From Bacteroidota bacterium (GTDB taxonomy: Bacteria > Bacteroidota > Bacteroidia > Bacteroidales > JAIFNL01): a DNA stretch of 61,603 bases. Within the stretch, counting starts at the first letter, position 1; the number at the start of each line of letters is the position of its first letter. Where the stretch lies: contig JAIFNL010000144.1 of NCBI GenBank assembly GCA_020047755.1, forward strand, positions 1 to 61,603, given 5' to 3'. Below, one piece after another: positions 35,830 through 45,883 of this stretch. The notes under the pieces were generated by a model that was not told the DNA's origin, made no database searches, and saw only the letters and a program-made list of their open reading frames with translations. The position numbers and the translations under genes were made by a program.

Positions 35830-35876
35830 AATGCTTACTATTCAAATTGATGTTAATTAACAGAATAGTAAGCATT
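35830..35876 (+). promoter_or_regulatory. Intercistronic stem-loop between pstS and pstC
   Basis: Perfect 14-bp stem (35830-35843 aatgcttactattc / 35863-35876 gaatagtaagcatt) with a 19-nt loop, 20 nt upstream of the pstC ATG. Confidence 0.5.
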
Positions 35877-35895
35877 TATAATAAAATATTAAAAA

Positions 35896-36783
35896 ATGTA
35901 TCTCAGACGCAAAATTTTGAGCAGAATGTCAGATGCTTGGATGCTTATCACATTGGCTATGATTATTTTATTACCTTTAATAATAGGAGTAGCCTTGTAT
36001 TTTAGAGCTAGCGGTTTACTCCAGAATACCGGATTAATTCATCTTTTAGGTACAAGCGAGTGGCTCCCACACGAAAAAAAATTCGGATTTGTCCCATTTA
36101 TCTTTAGTTCGCTGTATGTTACGACTTTAGCATTCGCTTTTTCAGCTCCGATTTCGTTTTTTGCTGCTATTTACCTTACACAATTTTCGCATGGCAGAAT
36201 GTTAAAAATTATGCAACCAGTAATTGACATTTTAGCAGGAATTCCTTCGGTAGTATATGGAGTTTGGGGCATTTTAGTCATTGTTCCATTTGTATCAAAA
36301 GTAGTCGCTCCAGCCTTCCATTTTACAACTTCAGGCTATTCTATACTTGCAGGAGGAATGGTTTTAGCAGTAATGTGTATACCTTACATGCTTAACATGC
36401 TGGTAGAAAGTTTTTTAACTGTACCACAAGGATTAAAAGAAGCAAGTTTTTCTCTGGGAGCAACAGCGTGGGAATCGGTAAAGCATGCCGTTATCCGAAA
36501 AAGTTTTCCAGGAATAATTTCATCTTTTGGACTTGGAATGGCTAAAGCTTTTGGCGAAACCTTAGCCGTGATGATGGTAGTAGGCAACATGGTAAAACTA
36601 AGCCTAAACCCACTAGAAGCAGGCTATCCACTCCCTGCCTTGATTGCCAATAATTTTGGCGAAATGATGTCCATTCCCATGTACGACTCAGCGCTTATGT
36701 TTGCAGCCTTTCTATTATTTATTATAATTATGGCTATTAATTTAATATTCAGATACTTTATTTATAAAACACAAATGCGATGA
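35896..36783 (+). CDS. pstC: Phosphate ABC transporter permease PstC
   Basis: About 6 TM helices, an EAA-type loop (LKEASFSLGATAWESVKHAVI) and operon position. Confidence 0.85.
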   Translation: MYLRRKILSRMSDAWMLITLAMIILLPLIIGVALYFRASGLLQNTGLIHLLGTSEWLPHEKKFGFVPFIFSSLYVTTLAFAFSAPISFFAAIYLTQFSHGRMLKIMQPVIDILAGIPSVVYGVWGILVIVPFVSKVVAPAFHFTTSGYSILAGGMVLAVMCIPYMLNMLVESFLTVPQGLKEASFSLGATAWESVKHAVIRKSFPGIISSFGLGMAKAFGETLAVMMVVGNMVKLSLNPLEAGYPLPALIANNFGEMMSIPMYDSALMFAAFLLFIIIMAINLIFRYFIYKTQMR

Positions 36784-37637
36784 ATAGATTTAAACGTATA
36801 GAAGAACTTGTTTTCAAATGGATTTGTGGCATAGCAAGTTATTCATTAATAGGCATTTTAGGCTTTATTATTATTATTATTTTCGTTAAAGGATTCAATG
36901 CCCTATCACTAGAAATGATTATAGAGGCTCCCAAAGGCGGCTATTACTATGGAGGCGAAGGTGGTGTATTAAATGCAATAATTGGGTCTCTTTATATTGC
37001 ACTAGGCTCTAGTCTTTTAGCTATAATTATCGGAGTTCCAGCAGCTTTATACATCAATGTGCATTTGGTACGTTACAAGAAAATTCAAAACATTATTCGC
37101 TACTTGCTCGATGCGCTATGGGGCATTCCGTCAATTGTTTACGGTGCTTTTGGCTTCTCGCTGATGTTGTACTTAGGAATGAACGCCTCGCTTTTAGCAG
37201 GAATTATAACCGTAGCCTTGCTCACCACGCCTATTGTAATCCGAACGTTCGACGATGTGCTGGATACAATCCCCAAAGGTTTGCAGGAAGCGTCTTTTGC
37301 TTTAGGCTCAACTCGCAGCGAAACAGCCTTTAAGATAATATTCAAGCAAGGTTTTTCGGGTTTTATTACCGCCGCTTTGCTGGCTTTCGGACGTGGAATA
37401 GGTGATGCCGCTTCGGTGCTGTTTACTGCCGGATATACTGATTTGATTCCGAAAAATCTTGACGAACCTGCTGCTACATTACCACTTGCAATTTTTTTCC
37501 AACTTGGTTCACCCAATCCATTAGTGCGCGAACGAGCTTTTGCTGCCGCTGCCATTCTCACTATTATAATTATGATTATTAGTATTTTAGCTCGAATTTT
37601 ATCGAACAAATATTCAAAATTAAATTTGAATAATTAA
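36780..37637 (+). CDS. pstA: Phosphate ABC transporter permease PstA
   Basis: ATGA start/stop overlap with pstC, an EAA-type loop (LQEASFALGSTRSETAFKIIF) and about 6 TM helices. Confidence 0.85.
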   Translation: MNRFKRIEELVFKWICGIASYSLIGILGFIIIIIFVKGFNALSLEMIIEAPKGGYYYGGEGGVLNAIIGSLYIALGSSLLAIIIGVPAALYINVHLVRYKKIQNIIRYLLDALWGIPSIVYGAFGFSLMLYLGMNASLLAGIITVALLTTPIVIRTFDDVLDTIPKGLQEASFALGSTRSETAFKIIFKQGFSGFITAALLAFGRGIGDAASVLFTAGYTDLIPKNLDEPAATLPLAIFFQLGSPNPLVRERAFAAAAILTIIIMIISILARILSNKYSKLNLNN

Positions 37638-37687
37638 ATAATATCTGAGACTAAAAAAAAGGAATTAATTTTAAACAAATATAAATC

Positions 37688-38518
37688 ATGACGCTCGATA
37701 TAATTAAAAACATAGAAAATTCTGAAATTTTACTTACAAATTGTATTTTTGAAGAAGTTGAAAAAAATGAAACCATTTTAAAAATAGAAAATTTGAATGT
37801 GTATGCAAAAAAAGAACACATTTTAAAAAATATAAATCTGGAAATTCCAAAAAATAAAATTACCGTATTATTAGGACCTTCCGGTTGTGGAAAAACCACA
37901 CTTTTAAAATCGTTAAATAGACTAACCGATTTGTACAAAGAATTAAAAGTAAGCGGGCATATTTTCATCGAAAATGACGATATCCTTGCTTCAAAACAAA
38001 ACACTTCTGTTTTACGGCAAAAAATGGGATTACTTTCCCAAAGACCTTATCCACTACCCTACTCTATTTACAAAAATGTAGCTTATGGTATAAAGTTAAA
38101 AGGTATTAAAAATAAAAAATTGATTGAATTTAACGTAGAAAAAAAATTACGAGAAGTAGGCTTATGGGAAGAAGTAAAAGATCGTTTGCATTCATCGCCC
38201 GAAAGTCTTTCGATTGGTCAGCAACAAAGGCTTTGCTTAGCAAGAGGCTTGGCTGTAAAGCCTCGAATTATTTTAGCCGATGAGCCAACTTCGGCACTAG
38301 ACCCTGTTTCAAGCAAAATAATTGAAAACTTATTTAAAGAATTGAAAAAACACTACACTATTATTTTGGTAACTCACGTACTACGTCAAGCTCAAAGACT
38401 TGCAGACCATGTAGTTTTTATGAATTATGGCGAAGTTATAGAGCAAGGTAGCTCGAAAGAAATTTTCAGCAATCCTCAAACATCACAATTAAAAGAATAT
38501 TTAATTGAAGGAAACTAA
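37688..38518 (+). CDS. pstB: Phosphate ABC transporter ATP-binding protein PstB
   Basis: GPSGCGKTTLLKSLNRLTDL, LSIGQQQRLCLARGLA, ILADEPTSALDP, VTHVLRQA. Confidence 0.9.
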   Translation: MTLDIIKNIENSEILLTNCIFEEVEKNETILKIENLNVYAKKEHILKNINLEIPKNKITVLLGPSGCGKTTLLKSLNRLTDLYKELKVSGHIFIENDDILASKQNTSVLRQKMGLLSQRPYPLPYSIYKNVAYGIKLKGIKNKKLIEFNVEKKLREVGLWEEVKDRLHSSPESLSIGQQQRLCLARGLAVKPRIILADEPTSALDPVSSKIIENLFKELKKHYTIILVTHVLRQAQRLADHVVFMNYGEVIEQGSSKEIFSNPQTSQLKEYLIEGN

Positions 38519-38741
38519 TTTTCTTCACTGCTAAAAATATAAACGACTGTTTTAAAAATTATTCCGTTTTTTTTGAAAATAAAAGTAAAAAAACATTAAT
38601 TTGATATTATTTGTTATATTTGTAATCGAAAGCAAAACGATTTATACTCATTTTATTGCATTTTCTTTCAGTTTAAATATTTGAATTTCAATTATTTAAA
38701 GGAAATTGTACAAAAAGAGGTAACTTCCGATTCGATAAAAT

Positions 38742-39758
38742 ATGCTCAAATTATTCAATAATTTTAATTTACGCCAATATAATTCTTTCGGTATAGAGGT
38801 AACTACAAAATATTTTGTAGAATTTACAACCGAAAAAGATTTAATTGATTATTTATCAAAGAATTTAACTTTGGTAAATGAAAATTCGTTATTGATAATT
38901 GGTGGCGGAACAAATATATTATTTACAAAAAATTATAACGGTATTTTATTCCATTCACTTATTGATAAATTAGAAGTACTAAAAGAAGAAGAAAATTATA
39001 TTTTATTAAAAGTAGGCGGAGGAATTCTTTGGGAACATTTTGTAGAATATGCAGTAATGAACGACTACCAAGGAATTGAAAATCTTTCACTTATACCCGG
39101 AAATGTAGGTTCGAGTGCAGTACAAAACATTGGAGCCTACGGTGTAGAAGCTAAAGACTGCATTGAAAGCGTAGAATGCATTGATTTACTGAAAAATACA
39201 AAGCATATATATAGCAATAAAGAGTGCCAATTTGCTTACAGAGATAGTATTTTTAAGAAAAAAACGAATTTACTAATTACATTTGTAATTTATAAGCTCA
39301 GAAAAAACACCTCAAAATTTAATTTAGAGTATGGCGAACTAAAAAAACATTTTTTGAATACTCCCACTCCTTGTTTAAAAGACATTAGAGAAGCAATTAT
39401 TAAAATTAGAGAAGGTAAATTACCAAATCCAAGAAAAATAGGAAATGCCGGAAGTTTTTTCAAAAATCCAGTCGTAACGGCTGAAAAATACGACAGTTTA
39501 AAACAAAAATACCCCGAAATAGTTGCCTTTCCGTTTTTGCACACTAAAATGAAATTAGCCGCCGGTTGGCTTATCGAAGCTTGCGGATGGAAAGGCAAAG
39601 TAATAGGAAATGTAGGTGTTTACGAAAAACAAGCACTTGTTATCTTTAACAAAGGGCAAGCCACAGGTAAGGAAATTTTAGACTTTTCGCAACAAATAAT
39701 TGATTCCGTTTTTGAAAAATTTGAAATCAGACTAGAACCCGAAGTTATTATAAAATAG
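38742..39758 (+). CDS. murB: UDP-N-acetylenolpyruvoylglucosamine reductase MurB
   Basis: Type II MurB pattern: NSFGIEV, IIGGGTNILF, LSLIPGNVGSSAVQNIGAYG, AGSFFKNP, KLAAGWLIEACGWKG. Confidence 0.9.
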   Translation: MLKLFNNFNLRQYNSFGIEVTTKYFVEFTTEKDLIDYLSKNLTLVNENSLLIIGGGTNILFTKNYNGILFHSLIDKLEVLKEEENYILLKVGGGILWEHFVEYAVMNDYQGIENLSLIPGNVGSSAVQNIGAYGVEAKDCIESVECIDLLKNTKHIYSNKECQFAYRDSIFKKKTNLLITFVIYKLRKNTSKFNLEYGELKKHFLNTPTPCLKDIREAIIKIREGKLPNPRKIGNAGSFFKNPVVTAEKYDSLKQKYPEIVAFPFLHTKMKLAAGWLIEACGWKGKVIGNVGVYEKQALVIFNKGQATGKEILDFSQQIIDSVFEKFEIRLEPEVIIK

Positions 39759-39766
39759 CTTGTTTT

Positions 39767-40444
39767 TTAAAGTAATTCGGCAAAAAATTCTAACTGAAAA
39801 AAAGCGCCATCAACTATAAATTTTGAATTTTCTGTATTTTGAGTACCTATCGCTTTTACTACTTGAATCGCCTTATAATTGTATTCTTTACTCAATTTTC
39901 CAACTTCTACGATTGCTCTAATTATTGCATTTTTCACATGTAAACTATCTGATTTTGAGTAATTTAAAGCTTCTTTGAGTACTAAATTAATAAATTGGTC
40001 GTCACTTTTTTGTTCGTTTTTTATTAGAAGCGATGCCAAAACAAACGCTGACATTTTAACATATTCCTCGCTTTCGGGTTTGGAAAACCAAGCAGAACAA
40101 CACGAACTGGCTAACTCACTGTTAGAAAATAAATTGATACAACACTGCTCAACAATTTCGGGATTGTTAAAATTTTCTGCCCAGTTGTTCATTTTTTCAA
40201 TAGAGAGTAAATCAACGGGTTGCAAAAGGCTCGCTAAAATTCGCATTTCGCGTATATCGCTTGCCCAAAACTCATCAGCAAGTTGTTCATTGGGCACAAA
40301 TTCGTGTGCAATTGCCTTTAAAACAGGCAGTTTAATGCCATAATTGCGTTTGTATTTTACACCACGCTTCAACAATTGAAACATAGTATCACCATCTGCA
40401 TTGCGGCTTATTTTTTTCAATATTGCTTTAAAATCCTCTGACAT
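39767..40444 (-). CDS. HEAT-like repeat protein, probably of the DNA alkylation repair (AlkD-like) family
   Basis: All-helical ~225-aa protein. Pattern YGIKLPVLKAIAHEF ... FWASDIREMRILASLL is typical of that family. A GTG four codons upstream (40456) is an alternative start. Confidence 0.5.
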   Translation of the reverse strand: MSEDFKAILKKISRNADGDTMFQLLKRGVKYKRNYGIKLPVLKAIAHEFVPNEQLADEFWASDIREMRILASLLQPVDLLSIEKMNNWAENFNNPEIVEQCCINLFSNSELASSCCSAWFSKPESEEYVKMSAFVLASLLIKNEQKSDDQFINLVLKEALNYSKSDSLHVKNAIIRAIVEVGKLSKEYNYKAIQVVKAIGTQNTENSKFIVDGAFFQLEFFAELL

Positions 40445-40672
40445 GTTTTTTTTCACAAAATTAAAAAATCATTTTAATAATCGAAACAAAATAAAATAAA
40501 ATACGTAAAATGAAGAAATCAACAAAAGAAAAATAATAAAAAAAGCAAATTCATTGAATGCAAAAAAAAAACAGATTTAAAATACATTTTGGTTTGAAAT
40601 TTGCTTTATAAAGATTATTCAAAACTTGATTTTTTTAACAGAACTAAGTATTAATTTTAAGCATAGATTCCA

Positions 40673-40804
40673 ATGAAAAAGATATTACTCATATTAGCTG
40701 CTTTTGTTTTGATAGGAACTTTGGCTAGCTCTTGTCAGCTCAGAAAACCTTTATGTCCAGCATATTCAAAAGTTGAAACAGGAACTCAAAAGACTCAATC
40801 TTAA
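40673..40804 (+). CDS. Candidate 43-aa lipoprotein (below the ORF-track size cutoff)
   Basis: My own translation is MKKILLILAAFVLIGTLASSCQLRKPLCPAYSKVETGTQKTQS, a textbook signal peptide plus lipobox (LASSC). A hairpin follows at 40840-40883. Confidence 0.4.
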   Translation: MKKILLILAAFVLIGTLASSCQLRKPLCPAYSKVETGTQKTQS

Positions 40805-40839
40805 GTTTTTCAAAAAAACAAACAAACCATATACGCATA

Positions 40840-40883
40840 GGCGCAATAATTTATTGATGAGCACTTTATCAATAATTTGCGCC
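40840..40883 (+). terminator. Putative intrinsic terminator after the small lipoprotein ORF
   Basis: Imperfect stem ggcgcaa..ttattgat / atcaataa..ttgcgcc, followed by tttatgcttttg. Confidence 0.4.
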
Positions 40884-41005
40884 TTTATGCTTTTGTTAAA
40901 AACAAACAAATAATTATCGAACGTCTAGTTTTTTAGCAAAAAACTTGTTTTTGTTGTTAAATTTTTGTTTTTTTGAAAAAAATATATCCACAAAAAACAA
41001 AAAAA

Positions 41006-41812
41006 ATGAAATTTAGACTAAATATACTTATTTCCTTAGTATTCATAGCTTTTATGAATCAATTAAGTTATGCACAAGGTGAAGTAAATGACGAAGAGTC
41101 GAAAATATTTTTTCAAAATTACAAAACTGGCGCCGTTACACTTACCTCAAACGCATTTGGTGGCGATTTTCGATTTGGAAAGCGTATCGATGGCTACAAA
41201 AAAGAAATTTTAGAGCTAGGCATTGATTTTCCAAAACATACCAAAGAATCGCGCGTAGAAAGCTACTACATACCCACTACCACATTTATTTATGGAAAAC
41301 GAAATTTTGTAACCAACCTAAGGGCTTCTTACGGAAGAGAAAAAGAAATTTACAGCAGGCGTGATAAAGGAGGAATTGCCATAAAACTTAATTATCAATT
41401 AGGCGGAAATATCGCTCTTTTAAAACCCGTTTATTACCAGATAGTAGTTAGTTATAATCAACTTACCAATACTATCGAGATAGAAGATTTAAAATTTGAT
41501 GGTGATTTGCGCCAAGATATTTACGGGAAATCTTCCTTTACAAAGGGAATTAAGGAAACAAGTTTAACACCAGGAGGTTTCATTAAATTAGGAGCATGTT
41601 TTGATTTCTCATCGAGAGCAAATTCAATTAATGTGCTTGAAACAGGAATTATTTTCGATGCTTACTTGACGAAACTAAACATCATGGCGATAGAAGAAAA
41701 CAAGCAATTTTTATTTTCATTTTATCTAACTTACCGAGTGGGAAAAATTGTTTCAGCCCGAAAAATGAATTTAAGCAAAGAGAGAAAAGCTGAATTATAC
41801 GGTGAAGAATAA
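41006..41812 (+). CDS. Hypothetical exported beta-rich protein
   Basis: Signal peptide MKFRLNILISLVFIAFMNQLSYAQG. The ORF-track start at 40973 is TTG, so the ATG at 41006 is preferred. No recognised family. Confidence 0.5.
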   Translation: MKFRLNILISLVFIAFMNQLSYAQGEVNDEESKIFFQNYKTGAVTLTSNAFGGDFRFGKRIDGYKKEILELGIDFPKHTKESRVESYYIPTTTFIYGKRNFVTNLRASYGREKEIYSRRDKGGIAIKLNYQLGGNIALLKPVYYQIVVSYNQLTNTIEIEDLKFDGDLRQDIYGKSSFTKGIKETSLTPGGFIKLGACFDFSSRANSINVLETGIIFDAYLTKLNIMAIEENKQFLFSFYLTYRVGKIVSARKMNLSKERKAELYGEE

Positions 41813-41906
41813 AAAAACATAAAGGAAATTCTATAAAATATTTTCCGCCAAAATTTTTATTTTTAGAAATTTCCTTAAATTAAAAAATGTTCTAGATTTT
41901 CACCAA

Positions 41907-44747
41907 CTAAATTAATTCTCTCTTTAAAAATTGTCCAGTAATACTTTTTTTAGTTTTTGCTATTTCTTCAGGCGTTCCGGTTGCAATTAATTTTCCGCCT
42001 TTTCTTCCTCCTTCGGGTCCAATATCTATCACATAATCAGCCACTTTTATAACATCAAGATTGTGTTCGATAACAATTACCGTATTGCCTTTGTCCACCA
42101 AACGTTGCAAAACAGTCAATAGCACGCGAATATCTTCAAAATGCAAGCCTGTGGTAGGCTCGTCGAGAATGTAAAGCGTTTTGCCCGTGTCTTTCTTTGA
42201 AAGCTCGGTTGCTAACTTTACACGCTGTGCTTCGCCGCCAGAAAGCGTAGTAGAAGCCTGACCTAGAGTTATATAGCCTAAGCCTACTTCTTGCAAGGCT
42301 TTTAATTTTTGCATTATTTTAGGAATCGACGAGAAAAATTCAACTGCTTGGTTTATAGTCATATCCAACACATCGCTAATTGATTTTCCTTTATAGCGAA
42401 CCTCTAAAGTTTCTCTATTGTAACGCTTGCCGCTGCAATCTTCGCAATGCACATACACATCGGGTAAAAAGTTCATTTCTATGGTTTTAAGTCCAGCTCC
42501 TTGGCAGGTTTCGCACCTTCCGCCTGTAACGTTGAACGAAAAACGCCCTGATTTGTAGTTGCGGATTTGAGCTTCGGGCAAAGAAGCAAAAATGGTACGT
42601 ATTTCATCAAATAATTTAGTATAAGTAGCTGGATTTGAACGCGGTGTCCGACCAATTGGCGACTGATTAACTTCAATTACTTTGTCGATATGCTCGATGC
42701 CTTCTAATTTTTCATAAGGTAATGGTTCTGTGAGCGAATGGAAAAATTTTTGACTCAAAATAGGGTGCAAAGTTTCATTTATCAAAGTCGATTTTCCACT
42801 TCCTGAAACTCCCGTAACACAAATAAATGTTCCCAATGGAAATTCGACATCTATATTTTTCAAATTATTGCCTTTTGCACCCAAAAGTTTTAAGCTTTTT
42901 CCATTTCCTTTTCTTCTTTTTGAAGGAATTTCAATGAATAATTCTTTACGTAAGTATTTTGCTGTCAATGAATTACCTTGCCTAATCTGCTCTGGCGTTC
43001 CACTAGCAACTACTTCGCCACCATGCCTTCCGGCGTGGGGACCTAAATCGATAACATAATCTGCCGAAAGAATCATATCTTGGTCGTGTTCAACTACAAT
43101 AACCGAATTTTCGGCATCGCGCAAATCAATTAAAGCTTTTATTAATCTCTCATTATCACGCTGATGCAAACCAATACTTGGCTCGTCTAAAATATAAAGT
43201 ACATTTACTAATTGCGAACCAATTTGTGTAGCTAGTCTAATGCGCTGACTTTCACCACCCGACAAGCTCCTTGAGGTTCTATCGAGCGAAAGATAATCTA
43301 AGCCCACGTTGAGCAAAAACGTAATTCGAGTACGAATTTCTTTTAATATTTCTGCCGCAATTTTATTTTGCTTATCCGAAAGTTTTTCCTCAATAGTATC
43401 AAACCATTCGGCAAGTTCCGAAATATCCATTTGTGCTATTTCAGATATATTTTTATCGCTTATTTTAAAATGAAGTGATTCTTTTTTCAATCGATGCCCA
43501 TTGCAAATAGGGCATTTTATTTCGTTTGTAAATTGCTCTGCCCAAATATTTGCCTTTTTTGATTTACTTTCGTCTTTGTTTTGATGAATGTACGACAAAA
43601 TTCCAGCAAAAGGAGCATTTAACTCCGAAATTGTGCCAAGCGGTGAATTTTTAAGCGAAAATTTTTCAGTTGAACCATTTAAAATTACATCAATTGCCTC
43701 GTCGGTAATCTCTTCGATTGGTGTATCGAGTGTGAATCCGTATTTTTCGCCAATTGCCTCTATTTGCCAAAAAATGAAAGAGTTTTTGTGCGAGCCCAAA
43801 GGAGCAAAACCACCATGCCTGATGCTCAGCTTTTTGTTGGGTATTACTTTGTCTAAATCCACTTCTATAATTTCGCCTAAGCCCTTGCATTTCGGACAGT
43901 TACCTTGTGGCGAATTGAACGAAAAAGCATTTGGTGCAGGTTCGTCGTAAGAAATTCCGGTAGTTGGGCACATCAAAAGCCGTGAAAAATAGCGAACTTG
44001 CTCACTTTCTTTTTCAAGTAGCATAATAATTCCCTCGCCGTGTTTCATTGCCGTTTGAATTGAGGATTTTAACCTTTTTACATCTAAATCTTCCTTATTT
44101 TCAAACAGTTCTTTTGCTGGAATAAGCAATTTATCTATTACTATTTCAATGTTGTGTGTTTTGTATCTGTCGAGTTTCATTGCCGGAACAATTTCCATTA
44201 TTTCGCCATTTACACGCACACTCAAAAAGCCTTTTTTGCGTATTTGCTCAAAAAGTTCTTTGTAATGTCCTTTTCTGCTTTTTACAACAGGTGCAAGCAA
44301 AAATACTTTTTTTCCCGAAAATTGCTCTTGTATCAGATTTATAATTTGTTCTTCCGTATATTTTACCATTTTTTCGCCTGTTTCGTAAGAATAGGCAATG
44401 CCTGCTCTGGCAAAAAGCAAGCGCAAAAAATCATAAATTTCGGTGGTAGTGCCAACGGTAGAACGAGGATTTTTGTTTACAGTTTTCTGTTCAATCGAAA
44501 TTACGGGGCTTAGTCCAGTGATTTTATCCACATCGGGGCGCTCCAACCCGCCCAAAAACTGGCGAGCATAAGCCGAAAAAGTTTCGATATAGCGTCTTTG
44601 TCCTTCGGCATAAATAGTGTCGAAAGCCAACGATGATTTTCCGCTTCCGCTCAAACCTGTAATTACTGTTAATTTATTGCGAGGTATCTCTACATCAATG
44701 TTTTGAAGGTTGTGCTCACGCGCACCCAATACTTGAATATTATCCAT
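41907..44747 (-). CDS. uvrA: Excinuclease ABC subunit UvrA
   Basis: 946 aa. [53 protein letters not shown], two ABC modules ([34 protein letters not shown]) and zinc-finger Cys clusters. Confidence 0.97.
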   Translation of the reverse strand: MDNIQVLGAREHNLQNIDVEIPRNKLTVITGLSGSGKSSLAFDTIYAEGQRRYIETFSAYARQFLGGLERPDVDKITGLSPVISIEQKTVNKNPRSTVGTTTEIYDFLRLLFARAGIAYSYETGEKMVKYTEEQIINLIQEQFSGKKVFLLAPVVKSRKGHYKELFEQIRKKGFLSVRVNGEIMEIVPAMKLDRYKTHNIEIVIDKLLIPAKELFENKEDLDVKRLKSSIQTAMKHGEGIIMLLEKESEQVRYFSRLLMCPTTGISYDEPAPNAFSFNSPQGNCPKCKGLGEIIEVDLDKVIPNKKLSIRHGGFAPLGSHKNSFIFWQIEAIGEKYGFTLDTPIEEITDEAIDVILNGSTEKFSLKNSPLGTISELNAPFAGILSYIHQNKDESKSKKANIWAEQFTNEIKCPICNGHRLKKESLHFKISDKNISEIAQMDISELAEWFDTIEEKLSDKQNKIAAEILKEIRTRITFLLNVGLDYLSLDRTSRSLSGGESQRIRLATQIGSQLVNVLYILDEPSIGLHQRDNERLIKALIDLRDAENSVIVVEHDQDMILSADYVIDLGPHAGRHGGEVVASGTPEQIRQGNSLTAKYLRKELFIEIPSKRRKGNGKSLKLLGAKGNNLKNIDVEFPLGTFICVTGVSGSGKSTLINETLHPILSQKFFHSLTEPLPYEKLEGIEHIDKVIEVNQSPIGRTPRSNPATYTKLFDEIRTIFASLPEAQIRNYKSGRFSFNVTGGRCETCQGAGLKTIEMNFLPDVYVHCEDCSGKRYNRETLEVRYKGKSISDVLDMTINQAVEFFSSIPKIMQKLKALQEVGLGYITLGQASTTLSGGEAQRVKLATELSKKDTGKTLYILDEPTTGLHFEDIRVLLTVLQRLVDKGNTVIVIEHNLDVIKVADYVIDIGPEGGRKGGKLIATGTPEEIAKTKKSITGQFLKRELI

Positions 44748-44815
44748 TTTAATTTTATAAAAAGCACAAATAAATGATAAAAAAAATCAATAGCGACAGA
44801 AAATCTAATAATAAA

Positions 44816-45259
44816 TTATCTTTTCATCATTCTGTCCATTTCGCGTTTTGTGTCTTTTGTTTTTAAATCTTCGCGTTTATCGAATGTTTTTTTACCTCTA
44901 GCAAGCGCAATCTCTAATTTTGCCAACCCTCTATCGTTTATAAAAAGATTTAAAGGCACAATTGTATAGCCTTTTTGGTCTTTTTTTTCTTCTAATTTAT
45001 CCAATTCGCGGCGAGAAAGTAATAATTTTCTATCTCTTTTGGCTTCGTGGTTGTTGTAAGTTCCGTAAGTGTATTCGGCAATGTGCATCTTTACAAATAA
45101 CTCATTATTAAAGAAATAACAAAAAGAATCGTTCAAGCTAGCTTTGCCTTCTCTAAGTGATTTTATTTCCGTGCCCCACAATGCAATTCCTGCTACAAAT
45201 TTGTCTTCAATTTCGTAGTGATGCCAAGCTTTTTTATTTCTAACATTTACATTGCTCAT
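44816..45259 (-). CDS. smpB: SsrA-binding protein SmpB
   Basis: 147 aa. [39 protein letters not shown] ... [11 protein letters not shown] ... GYTIVPL. Confidence 0.95.
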   Translation of the reverse strand: MSNVNVRNKKAWHHYEIEDKFVAGIALWGTEIKSLREGKASLNDSFCYFFNNELFVKMHIAEYTYGTYNNHEAKRDRKLLLSRRELDKLEEKKDQKGYTIVPLNLFINDRGLAKLEIALARGKKTFDKREDLKTKDTKREMDRMMKR

Positions 45260-45460
45260 AATTTTTCTTTTTGCAATATGTCAACTTTAATTATTTTAAT
45301 TTACAAAAATACTCTTTTCATTCAAAAAAGGCAACAAATATAATACCTATTTCAAGAAAAAGAAACGTGAAAATACAAATAATATTTCAGAATAGTAAGT
45401 ATAACAGATACAAAATTATCTTTAGTACTGCTAATGAATGAATTAAACAATTTATACTAA

Positions 45461-45883
45461 TCAATACGATTTGTACAATTCCCAGCGAACAATTTTGCCA
45501 TCTTTGTTGGTGGATTCTAAATATGTATCGGCGTAAGTTAGCCTTTTAATTTCCCAATCCCAAGAGTAAGTTTCTGATTCAAAGTAAACTAGCATTGCCA
45601 AACGCTTTTTATTATCTGAAAGAGTCCAAGTGCCCGGATATGTTTCTTTCAAAATATTGTTGTCGTAAATATACCAAACAAAACTTCCATTTTTGAAAAA
45701 TTCGACGTATTGGTCTTTATAATCGGTTGTAATATCTTCGCCATCTACCAATACTTTTTTAAAAGATTTGTTTCCCACTATACGCTCTGTTTTCGTGTAA
45801 ATACTTATAAACGGACCATCATCGTACTTACATGAAGGCACAACGAAAAGGATAGTAAGAAAAAGTAAAATATATTTCTTCAT
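45461..45883 (-). CDS. Hypothetical lipoprotein
   Basis: The internal ATG gives MKKYILLFLTILFVVPSCKYDD (lipobox). The longer ORF-track start at 45949 adds a non-signal-like extension. Confidence 0.55.
   Translation of the reverse strand: MKKYILLFLTILFVVPSCKYDDGPFISIYTKTERIVGNKSFKKVLVDGEDITTDYKDQYVEFFKNGSFVWYIYDNNILKETYPGTWTLSDNKKRLAMLVYFESETYSWDWEIKRLTYADTYLESTNKDGKIVRWELYKSY

Noticed and set aside
37139-37609. 156-aa minus-strand ORF inside pstA (and 36384-36590 inside pstC, 37651-38004 across the pstB start)
   Set aside because: They are antisense to conserved pst permease and ATPase genes and show no features of their own.
38600-38622. Bacteroidota-type promoter upstream of murB (TTTG at 38600-38603 plus tatatttg at 38615-38622)
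   Set aside because: The -7-like box fits TAnnTTTG, but the spacing to the nearest TTTG is only ~11 bp rather than the ~19-21 bp expected. In DNA this AT-rich such matches arise by chance, so it is not reported as a feature.
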